Source of the DNA: Tubulanus polymorphus
Taxonomy: Eukaryota > Animalia > Nemertea
Direction: 5' to 3'
DNA length: 64,000 nucleotides
Assembly: GCF_964204645.1 (NCBI RefSeq)
Contig: NC_134035.1
Location: 8,278,451 to 8,342,450, forward strand
The position numbers and the translations under genes were made by a program. This document shows, piece by piece, positions 1-9,877 of this stretch (position 1 is its first letter; each line of letters starts with the position of its first letter). The notes beneath the pieces are model-generated. The model had not been told where the DNA came from. It worked only from the letters and a program-made list of their open reading frames with translations, and did not search any database.

Positions 1-69
1 TTAAATCCATTTGATGATAAAAGGCATATTTTAGATGATGGTATAAAAACATTACCTTATGGCCATTAA
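1..69 (+). CDS. Protein-primed family B DNA polymerase (pPolB), C-terminal end only
   Basis: Frame 1 reads LNPFDDKRHILDDGIKTLPYGH*, matching the conserved Polinton pPolB C-terminal motif (DDKR...GxxTLPYGH). The stop at 67-69 overlaps the stop of the convergent ORF (TTAA at 66-69). Confidence 0.88.
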   Translation, partial: LNPFDDKRHILDDGIKTLPYGH

Positions 70-1367
70 AACATAAAATCAATATCATCAAACTCGAAAT
101 CACTATTGGCTTCTTCATTTTCATTTAATTGTTCAGGTTCTTCTTCAATTCCATTTTTCTCATTTAAATAAATTTCTATCTTGTTCCACATTTCATCTCG
201 CTCTCTTTGTTTCTTTTTGTTTGTTAATTCATCAAATGGAATTATAATATCTAGGTTTAAATAATTTACAATCTTATTTAAAAAGAATTCATAATTTATT
301 GAATCTGTTATTCTATTTTCCAAATGATACATTAATATTTGTTTAAATATTTTTTTTATATTTTCCATATCTTCTTCTGTTAATTTAGGTTTTTCATAAT
401 AATCGTTAAATAATAAATATAAATACATTTTCTTTTGTTTTGTGTTAAATGTTGACGGAATAATTGTTTTTATAATATCTTTTTTAGTTATTTCACCATT
501 TTTATTTTCTATTATTTTCATTTTTTCAAGCCATTGCATATATTCTGGTGTATGATCTTCTATAGAAAATATTTTAAAAATTTCATCTAGATAATTTAAT
601 TTTGGTTCTATGAGAAAATCTCTAGTTTTTTCTTCACCCCATAAATTCTTTTGCCATCCACATTCAACACAAAATAACACAGCACCTTCTTGTCTTAAGG
701 TCGCATAACTACATTGTGGGCATTTTCGTTTATAATTTATTGGTAATAGATCTTCATTAAGCTCTTGGTATTTTCTTACGTTTTCTTTATGTTTTATTGT
801 TCTATTATGTAGATTTGAATTACTTGTTGTAATAATCAATTTACAATATTTACAATAATATGTTTTTCTTGTTAATTCATTATATTGTTTTTCTAACTTT
901 TCAACTGTTTCTTTATTATCTGGTAACGTTTTCTCATATTTTATTTTTTCTAATAAATTATTTTTTCTTTCATTGAATTCAGTTTCAAATTTATTAGAAA
1001 TTTTATCTATATGTGCTTTACGAAATTGATGATTCTCCCAATCTTCTATATTTTCAGGGTTATATTTTATTCGACAAGGCTCACAGAAATGATCTTTTAT
1101 ATTATCCTTATCATAGAATAAGAAAGGTCTTTTCCAAATAACTTCAGGTTCAACTTCGGCAGATTTACTATCAACATTAGCCGTTGCGCCATTAATTCTA
1201 CACTTCTCTGAATGTTTTTTAACATAATTTCTTGAGAATAATTTATTACATTTTGGGCAGTTTATTTTAGGGGGTTTATAATTTTCATCATGTTTTTTCA
1301 TATGTCGAGCCATATTACTTTTTCTTAGAAGTTCACCACAAATTTCGCATGCTATCTTCTCATCCAT
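66..1367 (-). CDS. Multi-zinc-finger protein with a C-terminal VLTF3 (poxvirus/NCLDV late transcription factor 3)-like region
   Basis: N-terminal C2H2-type fingers (CEICG..RHMKKH; CKYC..HNRTIKH) and a Zn ribbon CPQC-x12-CVECG. The C-terminal segments KPKLTEEDMENIKKIFKQI and SINYEFFLNKIVNYLNL...QRERDEMWNKI resemble VLTF3 motifs (PPx..E..L..MF..IQ; FLSYSYVLYK..ELL...D.IWKKI). Recognised by eye. Confidence 0.65.
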   Translation of the reverse strand: MDEKIACEICGELLRKSNMARHMKKHDENYKPPKINCPKCNKLFSRNYVKKHSEKCRINGATANVDSKSAEVEPEVIWKRPFLFYDKDNIKDHFCEPCRIKYNPENIEDWENHQFRKAHIDKISNKFETEFNERKNNLLEKIKYEKTLPDNKETVEKLEKQYNELTRKTYYCKYCKLIITTSNSNLHNRTIKHKENVRKYQELNEDLLPINYKRKCPQCSYATLRQEGAVLFCVECGWQKNLWGEEKTRDFLIEPKLNYLDEIFKIFSIEDHTPEYMQWLEKMKIIENKNGEITKKDIIKTIIPSTFNTKQKKMYLYLLFNDYYEKPKLTEEDMENIKKIFKQILMYHLENRITDSINYEFFLNKIVNYLNLDIIIPFDELTNKKKQRERDEMWNKIEIYLNEKNGIEEEPEQLNENEEANSDFEFDDIDFMF

Positions 1368-1435
1368 TTATTAAGGAAAAATTTTATTAAAATTAATTTT
1401 TAGTGATGAGCGGTAATTTTTTTATGTTATAAATA

Positions 1436-2188
1436 ATGGTAGAATTAAAAGAATACAGAATATTTGTAGATTCTAGAAGGCTTACAAATTATAAATCTCA
1501 TAATTTATTAATACAATTAGATAGAGAATTTAAGAATTGTGTTGATTTAAAATTAGTAAATATTAGTTTATGTAATTCTTTTTACAATGTAACGGATAAA
1601 AGTCTTGAACATTTAATTTTTTCAATCTTTTATAAAAAAAGGAATAAATGGTTTTTTATATATTTAAAACCAGGATTATATAATTTAAATACATTAGCAC
1701 AAGAAATTAATAGAAAAGCTCGAGCTAAATTAGGAAGTGATTCTGGATTTAATATTAGAATTTTAAAAAGTGCTAGTTCTAATAAAATAAAGATTAGGTT
1801 AGACGAACAATTTAAATTTACAGTAAGAAAACCTTTAGGTAAACTGTTAGGAATTGCCCCTGATATTGTTACAGCATACGCAGAAGGTAAATCAAACTTA
1901 ATGCCTTTTACACATTTTTATATTTATTGTAATTTAATCGATCCTACAAAAACATTCGAAGCAACTAAAGATATAACTTGTAATTCTGGTTTACTAAACA
2001 TTTTACCATTGAAGAATGTTAAAGAATTTGGAACGCAAATAAATTATAATTTAACAGAATGTGATTTCAAACCTTGTATTCCTCAATTTAATAATTTTGA
2101 ATTAGAAATAAGAAATCATAATGGATACTTAATTGATTTGAATAACTTTCCTGTAATTTATGAATTAGTTATAAGATGTAAAGAGTAA
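1436..2188 (+). CDS. Minor capsid protein (penton, single jelly-roll)
   Basis: Motif pattern typical of Polinton/PLV pentons: IFVDSR, LVNISLCNSFYNV, PGLYN, LGKLLG, YIYCNLID, LLNILP..FG..INY, ELEIRNHNGYLIDLNNFPV. Confidence 0.75.
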   Translation: MVELKEYRIFVDSRRLTNYKSHNLLIQLDREFKNCVDLKLVNISLCNSFYNVTDKSLEHLIFSIFYKKRNKWFFIYLKPGLYNLNTLAQEINRKARAKLGSDSGFNIRILKSASSNKIKIRLDEQFKFTVRKPLGKLLGIAPDIVTAYAEGKSNLMPFTHFYIYCNLIDPTKTFEATKDITCNSGLLNILPLKNVKEFGTQINYNLTECDFKPCIPQFNNFELEIRNHNGYLIDLNNFPVIYELVIRCKE

Positions 2189-2204
2189 TTTTTCACCTAT
2201 ATAA

Positions 2205-2558
2205 ATGAATATAACTGTTGGACCGAGTATATGTTTTGGTTTTGATTTTAAACGTGAGAAAGAAATGAAATTTAACATTAATGATGTAATAACACATATC
2301 AAAAATATTACATTTTCTAATGAAACAACATTTGAGTATGAAACAACAATAGATAAAGAAACTTTTAATGTAGAAAAGATTACTAATTTAATTAGAGAAT
2401 CTTTAAGATTTTATGAATTAGATGAAGATTTTATCATCGATGATATTAAAAAAATAATAATTGAAATATATACAAATGAAACTAGTAATGAAATAAATGT
2501 TGAATTAATCATAAATAAGTTAACTAAATATTTTGATGATAGTAATTTTTTTGATTAA
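2205..2558 (+). CDS. Viral hypothetical protein (acidic, 117 aa)
   Basis: Intact ORF in the tightly packed array; starts in TATATAAATG. Confidence 0.7.
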   Translation: MNITVGPSICFGFDFKREKEMKFNINDVITHIKNITFSNETTFEYETTIDKETFNVEKITNLIRESLRFYELDEDFIIDDIKKIIIEIYTNETSNEINVELIINKLTKYFDDSNFFD

Positions 2559-2561
2559 TAA

Positions 2562-2783
2562 ATGAGTGATAATAAGTGGATAATAACTGGATTATATAAT
2601 GGAGCATTACTATCAGTTGGAACTGTTGGTTATTCAATGGTATTAAAAAAAGTATTCAAAATGGGAAGTGTTAATGTTGATAGATTTGATATAAATGATA
2701 TTTTAAAGTTAACGTTAGCAATTACTTTATCTAATTTAACAATTGATTATTTGGAAAAACAAAAATATATTCCTCCCATATAA
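2562..2783 (+). CDS. Small viral membrane-associated protein (73 aa)
   Basis: Two hydrophobic/amphipathic segments; TAAATG start. Confidence 0.7.
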   Translation: MSDNKWIITGLYNGALLSVGTVGYSMVLKKVFKMGSVNVDRFDINDILKLTLAITLSNLTIDYLEKQKYIPPI

Positions 2784-2807
2784 ATGCATAATTTTTTTGC
2801 TAAATAA

Positions 2808-3230
2808 ATGGCTTCTGCAATTATAACTATTATAGGATCGGCAATTGTTAACGCTTTAGCATTTACAGGTGGTGGTTATTTATTTAAACATATTGATAAA
2901 AATAGTTCATTAGGAGAACAAAGAAGACATAACTTAGCGTTAGAGAAATATAATAAAGATGCAGAAGAATATAGAGAAAAGAGACAAAACTATATGGATT
3001 ACATCAATAAAGAATTATATGATCAGAAGATTTCACATAGAGATTTTCAATCAGTCGATGATGCAATGAGTTTATATAACGCAGTAACAAATAAAGAAAA
3101 ATTACATCTATACAAACCTAAATTATCAGATTATTATTCCCCAAGTAAAGAACAACAGAAATATGAAATAATATGGATTTTAGGTGGAACAGTTATTGTT
3201 ATATTTATTGCTTATAAGTTTACTAATTAG
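2808..3230 (+). CDS. Viral membrane protein with N- and C-terminal hydrophobic helices and a central coiled coil
   Basis: MASAIITIIGSAIVNALAFTGGGYLF...EQRRHNLALEKY...IIWILGGTVIVIFIAY; TAAATG start. Confidence 0.75.
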   Translation: MASAIITIIGSAIVNALAFTGGGYLFKHIDKNSSLGEQRRHNLALEKYNKDAEEYREKRQNYMDYINKELYDQKISHRDFQSVDDAMSLYNAVTNKEKLHLYKPKLSDYYSPSKEQQKYEIIWILGGTVIVIFIAYKFTN

Positions 3231-3249
3231 TAATTTTTATTCTAAATAA

Positions 3250-3684
3250 ATGGAAGATAAAGTTGATAGTATTGATATTATTCCTCATGATATAAATAAA
3301 ACTAAATTAAAAACATATTTAGAAAAACAAATATTAGAATTTGAAAGTGACTTAAAGATAAAAAAGAAAAAATATTTAAAAAGTAAAATTATATATTATT
3401 TGATTATCAGTGGTTCGGTTACAATTAGTTCTGTAATAACATTTCTAGCAATATTCAGTCCATTAACACCTTTAGCTATATCAATTGGTGTATTAGGATT
3501 AAGTTCAAGTGTTTTAACTGGTATAAGTTCAAAATTAAATATAAAAAGTAATAAAGAAAAAATAAAATCTAATATAAAAGAAATTAATAAATTAAAGAAC
3601 ACACTAGATTATATAATAAGTTTAAATGGTCATATAACAGTTGAAGAACAAGATAAATTATTAAAAGAATTAATAAATTATTAA
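3250..3684 (+). CDS. Viral 2-TM membrane protein flanked by coiled coils
   Basis: Two adjacent hydrophobic helices (IIYYLIISGSVTISSVITFLAIF; LAISIGVLGLSSSVLTGI); a homologous relic lies at ~32880-33090. Confidence 0.75.
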   Translation: MEDKVDSIDIIPHDINKTKLKTYLEKQILEFESDLKIKKKKYLKSKIIYYLIISGSVTISSVITFLAIFSPLTPLAISIGVLGLSSSVLTGISSKLNIKSNKEKIKSNIKEINKLKNTLDYIISLNGHITVEEQDKLLKELINY

Positions 3685-3700
3685 TTTTTTAATTATATAA

Positions 3701-5089
3701 ATGGTAGATAGTTTTCCAAAAGCTTTCCGATATAATAAATCAATTAAATATAATATTCCAGCAATAGATTTTAATAAAGATATTACATATAGAAATGAAG
3801 TTTTAAATTCATTAATTGATTTATATATTTATGTTACTGAAACTAATAATTTTAATGCAAAGATGGAAAATATATTTCATGTATATTTAATTAATTTTAA
3901 AAAATTGAAAGATGAAAAACAATGGTTATTAAAATCTAATATGAAGTATTGGCAGAACCAATTAAATTTTGCTGTTTATTGTGCAACAACAGGATGTGGA
4001 ATAAGTTGGAATGATCATTTGAATAATTCTAAATATAAACTAATTCAAAGTTTATTTAGATTTCATACATACTTTCAAATCAGAATAATATTAAATGAAT
4101 TAGAGTGCGCTTTACCAGGATCTAGATATTTTAAAGAATTGGATAATAATATTAATTTATCTAAGTTTTATAAAATTTGCAATGAATTTAATATAGATAT
4201 AAATAATTCTGATTTTAGAATAAAAATTGGAACAATAAGATCACTTCCTTGCCCTAGAAAGATTGCAGAATATTGTGCACTTCCCATACCATCTAATAGT
4301 TTTTATAATATCTATAATAATAAATTAGGTTATGGTAAAATAGAAACAAAGGATTTAGAAACATTCAATTTCAATAAATTACCAAAATTTTATGATAATT
4401 TAAAACAAGAAAACAATAATGGTTGGGTATATTTTATTTTAGAGAATAGTGAAGGTTTTACTAAATCAGGTATAGAAAGAATAAATCAATCTATTAGAAC
4501 TTATTTGATTTGTATTTTAGGTGCGCAAGTTGAAACAAGATCCCCAATAATTGGAAATTTGAATACATCATTCGATACACAAAAACAATTTAAAGTTTTA
4601 TTTGAAGATTCAATTCATAATGATAAAAATAGATCGATTCCAGAAAACATTATAAGATATCAAAATTATTTAGATAAATCTCATGTAAGACTTAATTATT
4701 GTATAGGCCCTAATCTATTAATTATTTCTAATGATTTAGTATTAAAGATGGGAAATATAATTGGTTATAATAATCTAATTAAAACTGCAACAATAAATAA
4801 TTCATTTGGATTAAATGATATAAATAAAAAGATTATTACTGCTCCAAAATTAATGGAAGGTGAAAAAAATAAAAAACATATTCAATCAACAGAAACTAAA
4901 ACTAAGAATATTAAATTAAATAATGATTCTAAAACAAAAGATTACAATACATCAGAAAATATTAGAACTGATAATATTCAACATGATATAATTAAACTAA
5001 ATGATGATAATAAATCACATGAAAATACTAAATTAGCTATAACTTGTATAGGAATTGTTATAGGAGGAATATTATATTTTAAATTTTAA
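3701..5089 (+). CDS. Viral protein with a C-terminal TM anchor (462 aa)
   Basis: Intact ORF with the motif WQNQLNFAVYCATTGCGIS and C-terminal LAITCIGIVIGGILYF; a homologous relic lies at ~33090-34390. Confidence 0.8.
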   Translation: MVDSFPKAFRYNKSIKYNIPAIDFNKDITYRNEVLNSLIDLYIYVTETNNFNAKMENIFHVYLINFKKLKDEKQWLLKSNMKYWQNQLNFAVYCATTGCGISWNDHLNNSKYKLIQSLFRFHTYFQIRIILNELECALPGSRYFKELDNNINLSKFYKICNEFNIDINNSDFRIKIGTIRSLPCPRKIAEYCALPIPSNSFYNIYNNKLGYGKIETKDLETFNFNKLPKFYDNLKQENNNGWVYFILENSEGFTKSGIERINQSIRTYLICILGAQVETRSPIIGNLNTSFDTQKQFKVLFEDSIHNDKNRSIPENIIRYQNYLDKSHVRLNYCIGPNLLIISNDLVLKMGNIIGYNNLIKTATINNSFGLNDINKKIITAPKLMEGEKNKKHIQSTETKTKNIKLNNDSKTKDYNTSENIRTDNIQHDIIKLNDDNKSHENTKLAITCIGIVIGGILYFKF

Positions 5090-5105
5090 TTTTTTTATTA
5101 TATAA

Positions 5106-6536
5106 ATGGATGTAGAAGGTGGAGAAGATATTGGAATGGATCCTTTTGATGAACCTAACATAACTGATGAACAACCACCTGATTTTGATGAAACAAGTTT
5201 TAATGATGGTAATGAACCAGAATATAACAATAATTTAAATATGCCTGATTATATTAAAAATGCTGAATCACAATTAAATCCTGAAAATTTAGACCCAGAT
5301 TTAGTAAAACAAGATTTAGATAATTTAAACAAAATACCTAAATTAGAAGATTTAATTGAAAAATCTAATTTTAACATAAATGATGAAGACGTTGCACTTT
5401 TAGCAGATCAATTAAAATTTTTAGATAATGGTAAATGTTATTATCGTTTGAAAGGTGATTATTATATTGATGTCACTTATAAAAATAATAAAAATAAAAT
5501 ATTATCAGAATCAACTTTAGAAAAATTAAAACCAGATAGAATTAAAATAATAAGTAATAGTAATGAAATAACTGATGTTACACAAAAAGAAATAGATGAT
5601 AATATAGATGTATTTAAACAAAGAATTAATGAATTATTTGAAATAATCAAAAAGAAATCAGAAACAACTTCTGAACAGAATATAACTTCCAAAAATAGTA
5701 AACATAGATCAAATAAAGTTCCAATTGAAAAACTTTTACCGAATGGATTACTTGATGCAACAGATCAAGAATTAGAAGATTTAGATATATTTTCTGATAA
5801 AGCAATTAGAGAAATTATTAGTATAAGACTTGCATCTGATAAAATTGCACATAATAAAAGTATAAGAGATTTTAAAATTAGAACTTTAGAAAAAGAATTA
5901 ACTGATAAAAATAAAGAAATAGAACAACTAAAGTCTGATTTAGATCATCAAGTAATTGATGAAATAGAATATAGGCAAAAAGAATTACGTTTAGAAAAAG
6001 AAAAAGATGATTTAGAATATAACATAGAATTACAAAAAGAAGAAATTAAATTATTGTTAAAATCATATGATTATAATATTAATAGATTAAAAGTTATTTT
6101 TAAAGATTTGTTGATTAAACCAAATTCTGAAATATCACTAAAAGACAGAATAAGATTATTATTTAAATTAGAAGGAATAACAATTCTTTCAATTCTAACA
6201 GCTGTAACTATGTTATTTACAACAATTGGTTTAGCTATATCAAATGCTTTAAAATCTACTCCCACTCCCAATAAACCAGATAAACCTCCAGGCAATAATT
6301 CTATACAAGATAAAGTTAAGGATGGTTTAAAGAAATTAGCAAAATATTTATGGGAACTATCTAAAAAATCTGCTGCAGCTTTACCAGGAGTTATTGCTTC
6401 AATTGTTGGTTTTATATTGAAATCTGCAGGAAACATTATTAACTTTGCTGCTGAACATATTATTTTATTTTTAATTACAGTTGTAAGTGCTATTATTTTT
6501 GGGTTAGTAAATATGATATCAAAAAATATTAAGTAA
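5106..6536 (+). CDS. Viral coiled-coil membrane protein (476 aa)
   Basis: Acidic N-terminus, long heptad region, and 2-3 C-terminal hydrophobic helices with a Pro-rich linker (PTPNKPDKPP); a homologous relic lies at ~34406-35765. Confidence 0.8.
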   Translation: MDVEGGEDIGMDPFDEPNITDEQPPDFDETSFNDGNEPEYNNNLNMPDYIKNAESQLNPENLDPDLVKQDLDNLNKIPKLEDLIEKSNFNINDEDVALLADQLKFLDNGKCYYRLKGDYYIDVTYKNNKNKILSESTLEKLKPDRIKIISNSNEITDVTQKEIDDNIDVFKQRINELFEIIKKKSETTSEQNITSKNSKHRSNKVPIEKLLPNGLLDATDQELEDLDIFSDKAIREIISIRLASDKIAHNKSIRDFKIRTLEKELTDKNKEIEQLKSDLDHQVIDEIEYRQKELRLEKEKDDLEYNIELQKEEIKLLLKSYDYNINRLKVIFKDLLIKPNSEISLKDRIRLLFKLEGITILSILTAVTMLFTTIGLAISNALKSTPTPNKPDKPPGNNSIQDKVKDGLKKLAKYLWELSKKSAAALPGVIASIVGFILKSAGNIINFAAEHIILFLITVVSAIIFGLVNMISKNIK

Positions 6537-6577
6537 ACCATGATTAAAAATAAATAATTAATTTTTTTGTTAAATAA

Positions 6578-7825
6578 ATGAGTGGGAGTTATATAAGTCC
6601 TTCGAAGAATCATAGAATATCTAATGCTATTAAAGCAGAGAGATCACATCATATAATTACTCATAACCCTTCTAATATTAATCCCGATGAAACTTTATAC
6701 GTTAGAATCCCTCGATTAACACAAAATACTTTTTATGTTCCAAACAGTATTTATTTATCAGCCGATATAAAAGTAACTGGCCATGATAACAATTATGTTG
6801 TTGATAATGTTGGAAGATATTTGATTAAAAAGTTAACAATAAAGATTGGTCCGGAAACAGTTTTCTCATTAGATGATTATAATTTATTTATGCATTATAA
6901 AGATTTATGGTTAACTAAAGAAAATAGAAATAATATGATATTTCAAGGCATCCAATCGGAAAACCATAATAAATTAAGATCTGAAGCCAATAATGCAGTA
7001 GTAACTCGTGCCACAGATAATTTGATTAAAAAGATTTATGGAAGCAAATATAAAATTCCATTAGACTTTGAATTGATAAATAATAATGCACCTTTATATA
7101 AATACGCAATTCAAGAAGATATTATATTTGAGATAACATTTGCTCCTGTAAATGAAATTGTATTATCTAGCGTTGTTAAAGATATGGGTTATAAATTATC
7201 GAATATATGTTTAGAATATAACACAGTAACTAATGAAAATATTGCTAGCACAATTCAAACTCAATACAATCAAGGATTTTCATTATTATATGATTATATT
7301 GATAAATTTAAAACTGTAACTATTAATGCAAATGATGAAATAATTAATGAGAATATTAACTTTCCTAGAAGATCTATTAAAGGTATATTAATATTTTTTA
7401 CTATTGCAACATATTCTAATGGTGCAATAAATGTTGATAATTATTATAATCCTGAAATAACAAAAGTAGAAATAACTATCGAAGGTATAGCGAATAAAAT
7501 ATTTTGTCAAGGAATGAGAATGATTGATCAATGGCCAGAAATTAGAAAACATTTTATGAATGAAAAAGTGAAATCATTTGAAAATTGTAACATTAATCAA
7601 ATTGATTATTATACTGGTAATAAATATGCATTATGGTTAGATTTTAGAACAACTGAAGATAACTTATTACATGGTTCTGGAAAAAAACTACAAAATACAA
7701 AAGATGGAATACAATTATTCATGAAAAAGAATAAAGGAATCAAAAATTTTAAAATGCACATTTATATTATATCTGACGCGCAATTAAATATTGTAAATTC
7801 ACAATTAGATAGTATTCAATATTAG
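6578..7825 (+). CDS. Major capsid protein (probable double jelly-roll)
   Basis: 415 aa, beta-rich, adjacent to integrase and ATPase. Motifs NPSNINPDETLYVRIP, LIKKLTIKIG, YKIPLDF, YKLSNICLEY, INFPRRSIKGILIFF and YALWLDFRT...LHGSG resemble Polinton/PLV MCPs. Confidence 0.8.
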   Translation: MSGSYISPSKNHRISNAIKAERSHHIITHNPSNINPDETLYVRIPRLTQNTFYVPNSIYLSADIKVTGHDNNYVVDNVGRYLIKKLTIKIGPETVFSLDDYNLFMHYKDLWLTKENRNNMIFQGIQSENHNKLRSEANNAVVTRATDNLIKKIYGSKYKIPLDFELINNNAPLYKYAIQEDIIFEITFAPVNEIVLSSVVKDMGYKLSNICLEYNTVTNENIASTIQTQYNQGFSLLYDYIDKFKTVTINANDEIINENINFPRRSIKGILIFFTIATYSNGAINVDNYYNPEITKVEITIEGIANKIFCQGMRMIDQWPEIRKHFMNEKVKSFENCNINQIDYYTGNKYALWLDFRTTEDNLLHGSGKKLQNTKDGIQLFMKKNKGIKNFKMHIYIISDAQLNIVNSQLDSIQY

Positions 7826-7855
7826 AAATATAAAGTTAAAATTAAGCGTATATAA

Positions 7856-8983
7856 ATGGGAGGTAAAAAATCTCCTAATACTAAAGAACAATATTTAAGA
7901 AATTTATATTACAACCCTGAGAGTTCGGTTGCTTATTCTTCTACTAAAAATATATGGCGTAAAGTAAAACAAGATAAATTAGATAAGATAATCCCACACA
8001 ATTTAATTAAATATAAAGATATAAATGAATTTATGTTAGAACAACCAACGTATACAACACATAAAAAAATTGTTAGAAAATATGAAACTCGTAAAACTAT
8101 GGTAAGTTATGTAGATCAACAGTGGCAAGGAGATTTAATTGATATGAAAAATGTTAAGAAAGATAATGATGATTATTGGTGGTTATTGAATATAATTGAT
8201 ATTTTTAGTCGTTATGTATGGAGTTTCCCACTTTATAGAAAAGATGCTGTACAAACATCAAATGTTTTAAGAAAATTTCTTTCGGATGATAAACTAAAAC
8301 CAGAAAAAATACAATTTGATGATGGAAAAGAATTTGATAATTCACTTGTTCATGAACTCTTAGATAATCATAATATTAAATATTTTTCAACAAAATCAGA
8401 TAAAAAAGCAGCAGTTGTTGAACGATTTAATAGAACATTAAGAACAAGAATGTGGAAATATTTTACAGCAAATAATACTTTTAAATGGATTGATGTTATA
8501 CCAAAATTGATAGAAGGATATAATAATTCTTATCATTCTTCTATTGGAATGAAACCTATTGATGCTAGAAAATCTGAAAATGCTGAAATTGTTTGGAATA
8601 ATTTATATGGAGCATTTCTTATAGATGATTTTGGTGAACCTAAATTTAAAGTTGGTCAAAATGTTAGAATTTCTAAGTATAAAAAGATATTTGATAAAGG
8701 ATACGATCGAAATTTTACTAGAGAAATATATAGAATAAAAAAGGTAATAACAACAAAACCATATGTCTATAAATTAGAAGATTTAGATGGTGAAGAAGTT
8801 GATGGCTACTTTTACGAAGAAGAATTAAGTTTAACTACTGAAAATCTAGAACAAGAATATAAAATTGAAAAAGTATTAAAAACAAAAACTATTAAAAGAA
8901 AAAAATATTCTTTAGTAAAATGGGTTGGATGGCCAGATAAATTTAATGAATGGATATTATCAAGTAAAATTAAAAATATATAA
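7856..8983 (+). CDS. Retroviral-type (rve) DDE integrase with C-terminal chromodomain
   Basis: WQGDLID, IDIFSRY, QFDDGKEF and VERFNRTLR (DDE triad intact), YNNSYHSSIGMKP, and the chromodomain YKIEKVL..YSLVKWVGWPDKFNEWI. Confidence 0.95.
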   Translation: MGGKKSPNTKEQYLRNLYYNPESSVAYSSTKNIWRKVKQDKLDKIIPHNLIKYKDINEFMLEQPTYTTHKKIVRKYETRKTMVSYVDQQWQGDLIDMKNVKKDNDDYWWLLNIIDIFSRYVWSFPLYRKDAVQTSNVLRKFLSDDKLKPEKIQFDDGKEFDNSLVHELLDNHNIKYFSTKSDKKAAVVERFNRTLRTRMWKYFTANNTFKWIDVIPKLIEGYNNSYHSSIGMKPIDARKSENAEIVWNNLYGAFLIDDFGEPKFKVGQNVRISKYKKIFDKGYDRNFTREIYRIKKVITTKPYVYKLEDLDGEEVDGYFYEEELSLTTENLEQEYKIEKVLKTKTIKRKKYSLVKWVGWPDKFNEWILSSKIKNI

Positions 8984-9592
8984 ATGAATAAGGAATTATT
9001 CATATTTGAGCCTCATAATATGTTAATTTCTGGTGTAACAAATTGTGGAAAAACTTATTTTATATTACATTTATTAGAAACTGTTTATGAAAACTATTTT
9101 GATAATATAGTATTATTTTGTCCAACATATGAATTTAATCAAACTTATGATAGAAATATTACTAGGAATAATAAATTTATTATATTAGATCCTAAAACAG
9201 TAAAAGAAAATTTAGATAATTGTATTAAAATAGCAATTGATATTTATAAAGGATCAAATACATTATTTATCATAGATGATTGTGCAAATTTACATGATTC
9301 TAAAATTAGAGAAAGTGAGTTATGTTATTTAGCTTTCTCTGGGAGACATTTTGGGATAACAACTTGGGTTTTAAATCAAAAATATAATTCAATTGTTAAA
9401 GACTTTAGAGAAAACATTAGATTTCTAGTTTTATTCTACAATAAAGATAGAAAATCAATGAAAAATGCACTTGAGGAAAATGATATTATTCCACATGATT
9501 TACATAATGAATATATGGATGAGTTGAAAAATATTAAAAGATCAAAATTACTATTTAGATTACAACACCCATTTAAATATGAATTTATTTAA
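8984..9592 (+). CDS. A32/FtsK-HerA family genome-packaging ATPase
   Basis: Walker A GVTNCGKT, Walker B FIIDD, GRH motif, downstream Q and REN; abuts the integrase stop (TAAATG). Confidence 0.92.
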   Translation: MNKELFIFEPHNMLISGVTNCGKTYFILHLLETVYENYFDNIVLFCPTYEFNQTYDRNITRNNKFIILDPKTVKENLDNCIKIAIDIYKGSNTLFIIDDCANLHDSKIRESELCYLAFSGRHFGITTWVLNQKYNSIVKDFRENIRFLVLFYNKDRKSMKNALEENDIIPHDLHNEYMDELKNIKRSKLLFRLQHPFKYEFI

Positions 9593-9595
9593 ATT

Positions 9596-9845
9596 CAATT
9601 AGTTTGTTAATCTAGTTGAATTCTAGTTATTGGTAGTTGTAACAAAAATCAAATAGATTTAACAATATTTTAACTAGCTTGTTAATCTATTTTAATTCTA
9701 GTTACATTCTAATTGAATTCTAGTTGTTAATAGTTGAAACAAAAAATCAACTAAATTTAACAAGAAATAAATAAAAACAACAATATTTCAACTAGCTTGT
9801 TAATCTAGTTGAATTCTAGTTACATTCTAGTTAAATTCTAGTTGC
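9596..9845. repeat. Intergenic imperfect repeat array inside the viral element
   Basis: Reiterated ~11-bp unit TTCTAGTT(GAA/ACA) nested in ~120-bp repeats (AACAATATTTyAACTAGCTTGTTAATCTA at ~9661 and ~9779); no ORF. Confidence 0.8.
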
Positions 9846-9877
9846 AACATCACACAATTAATTTTTTTGTTATATAA

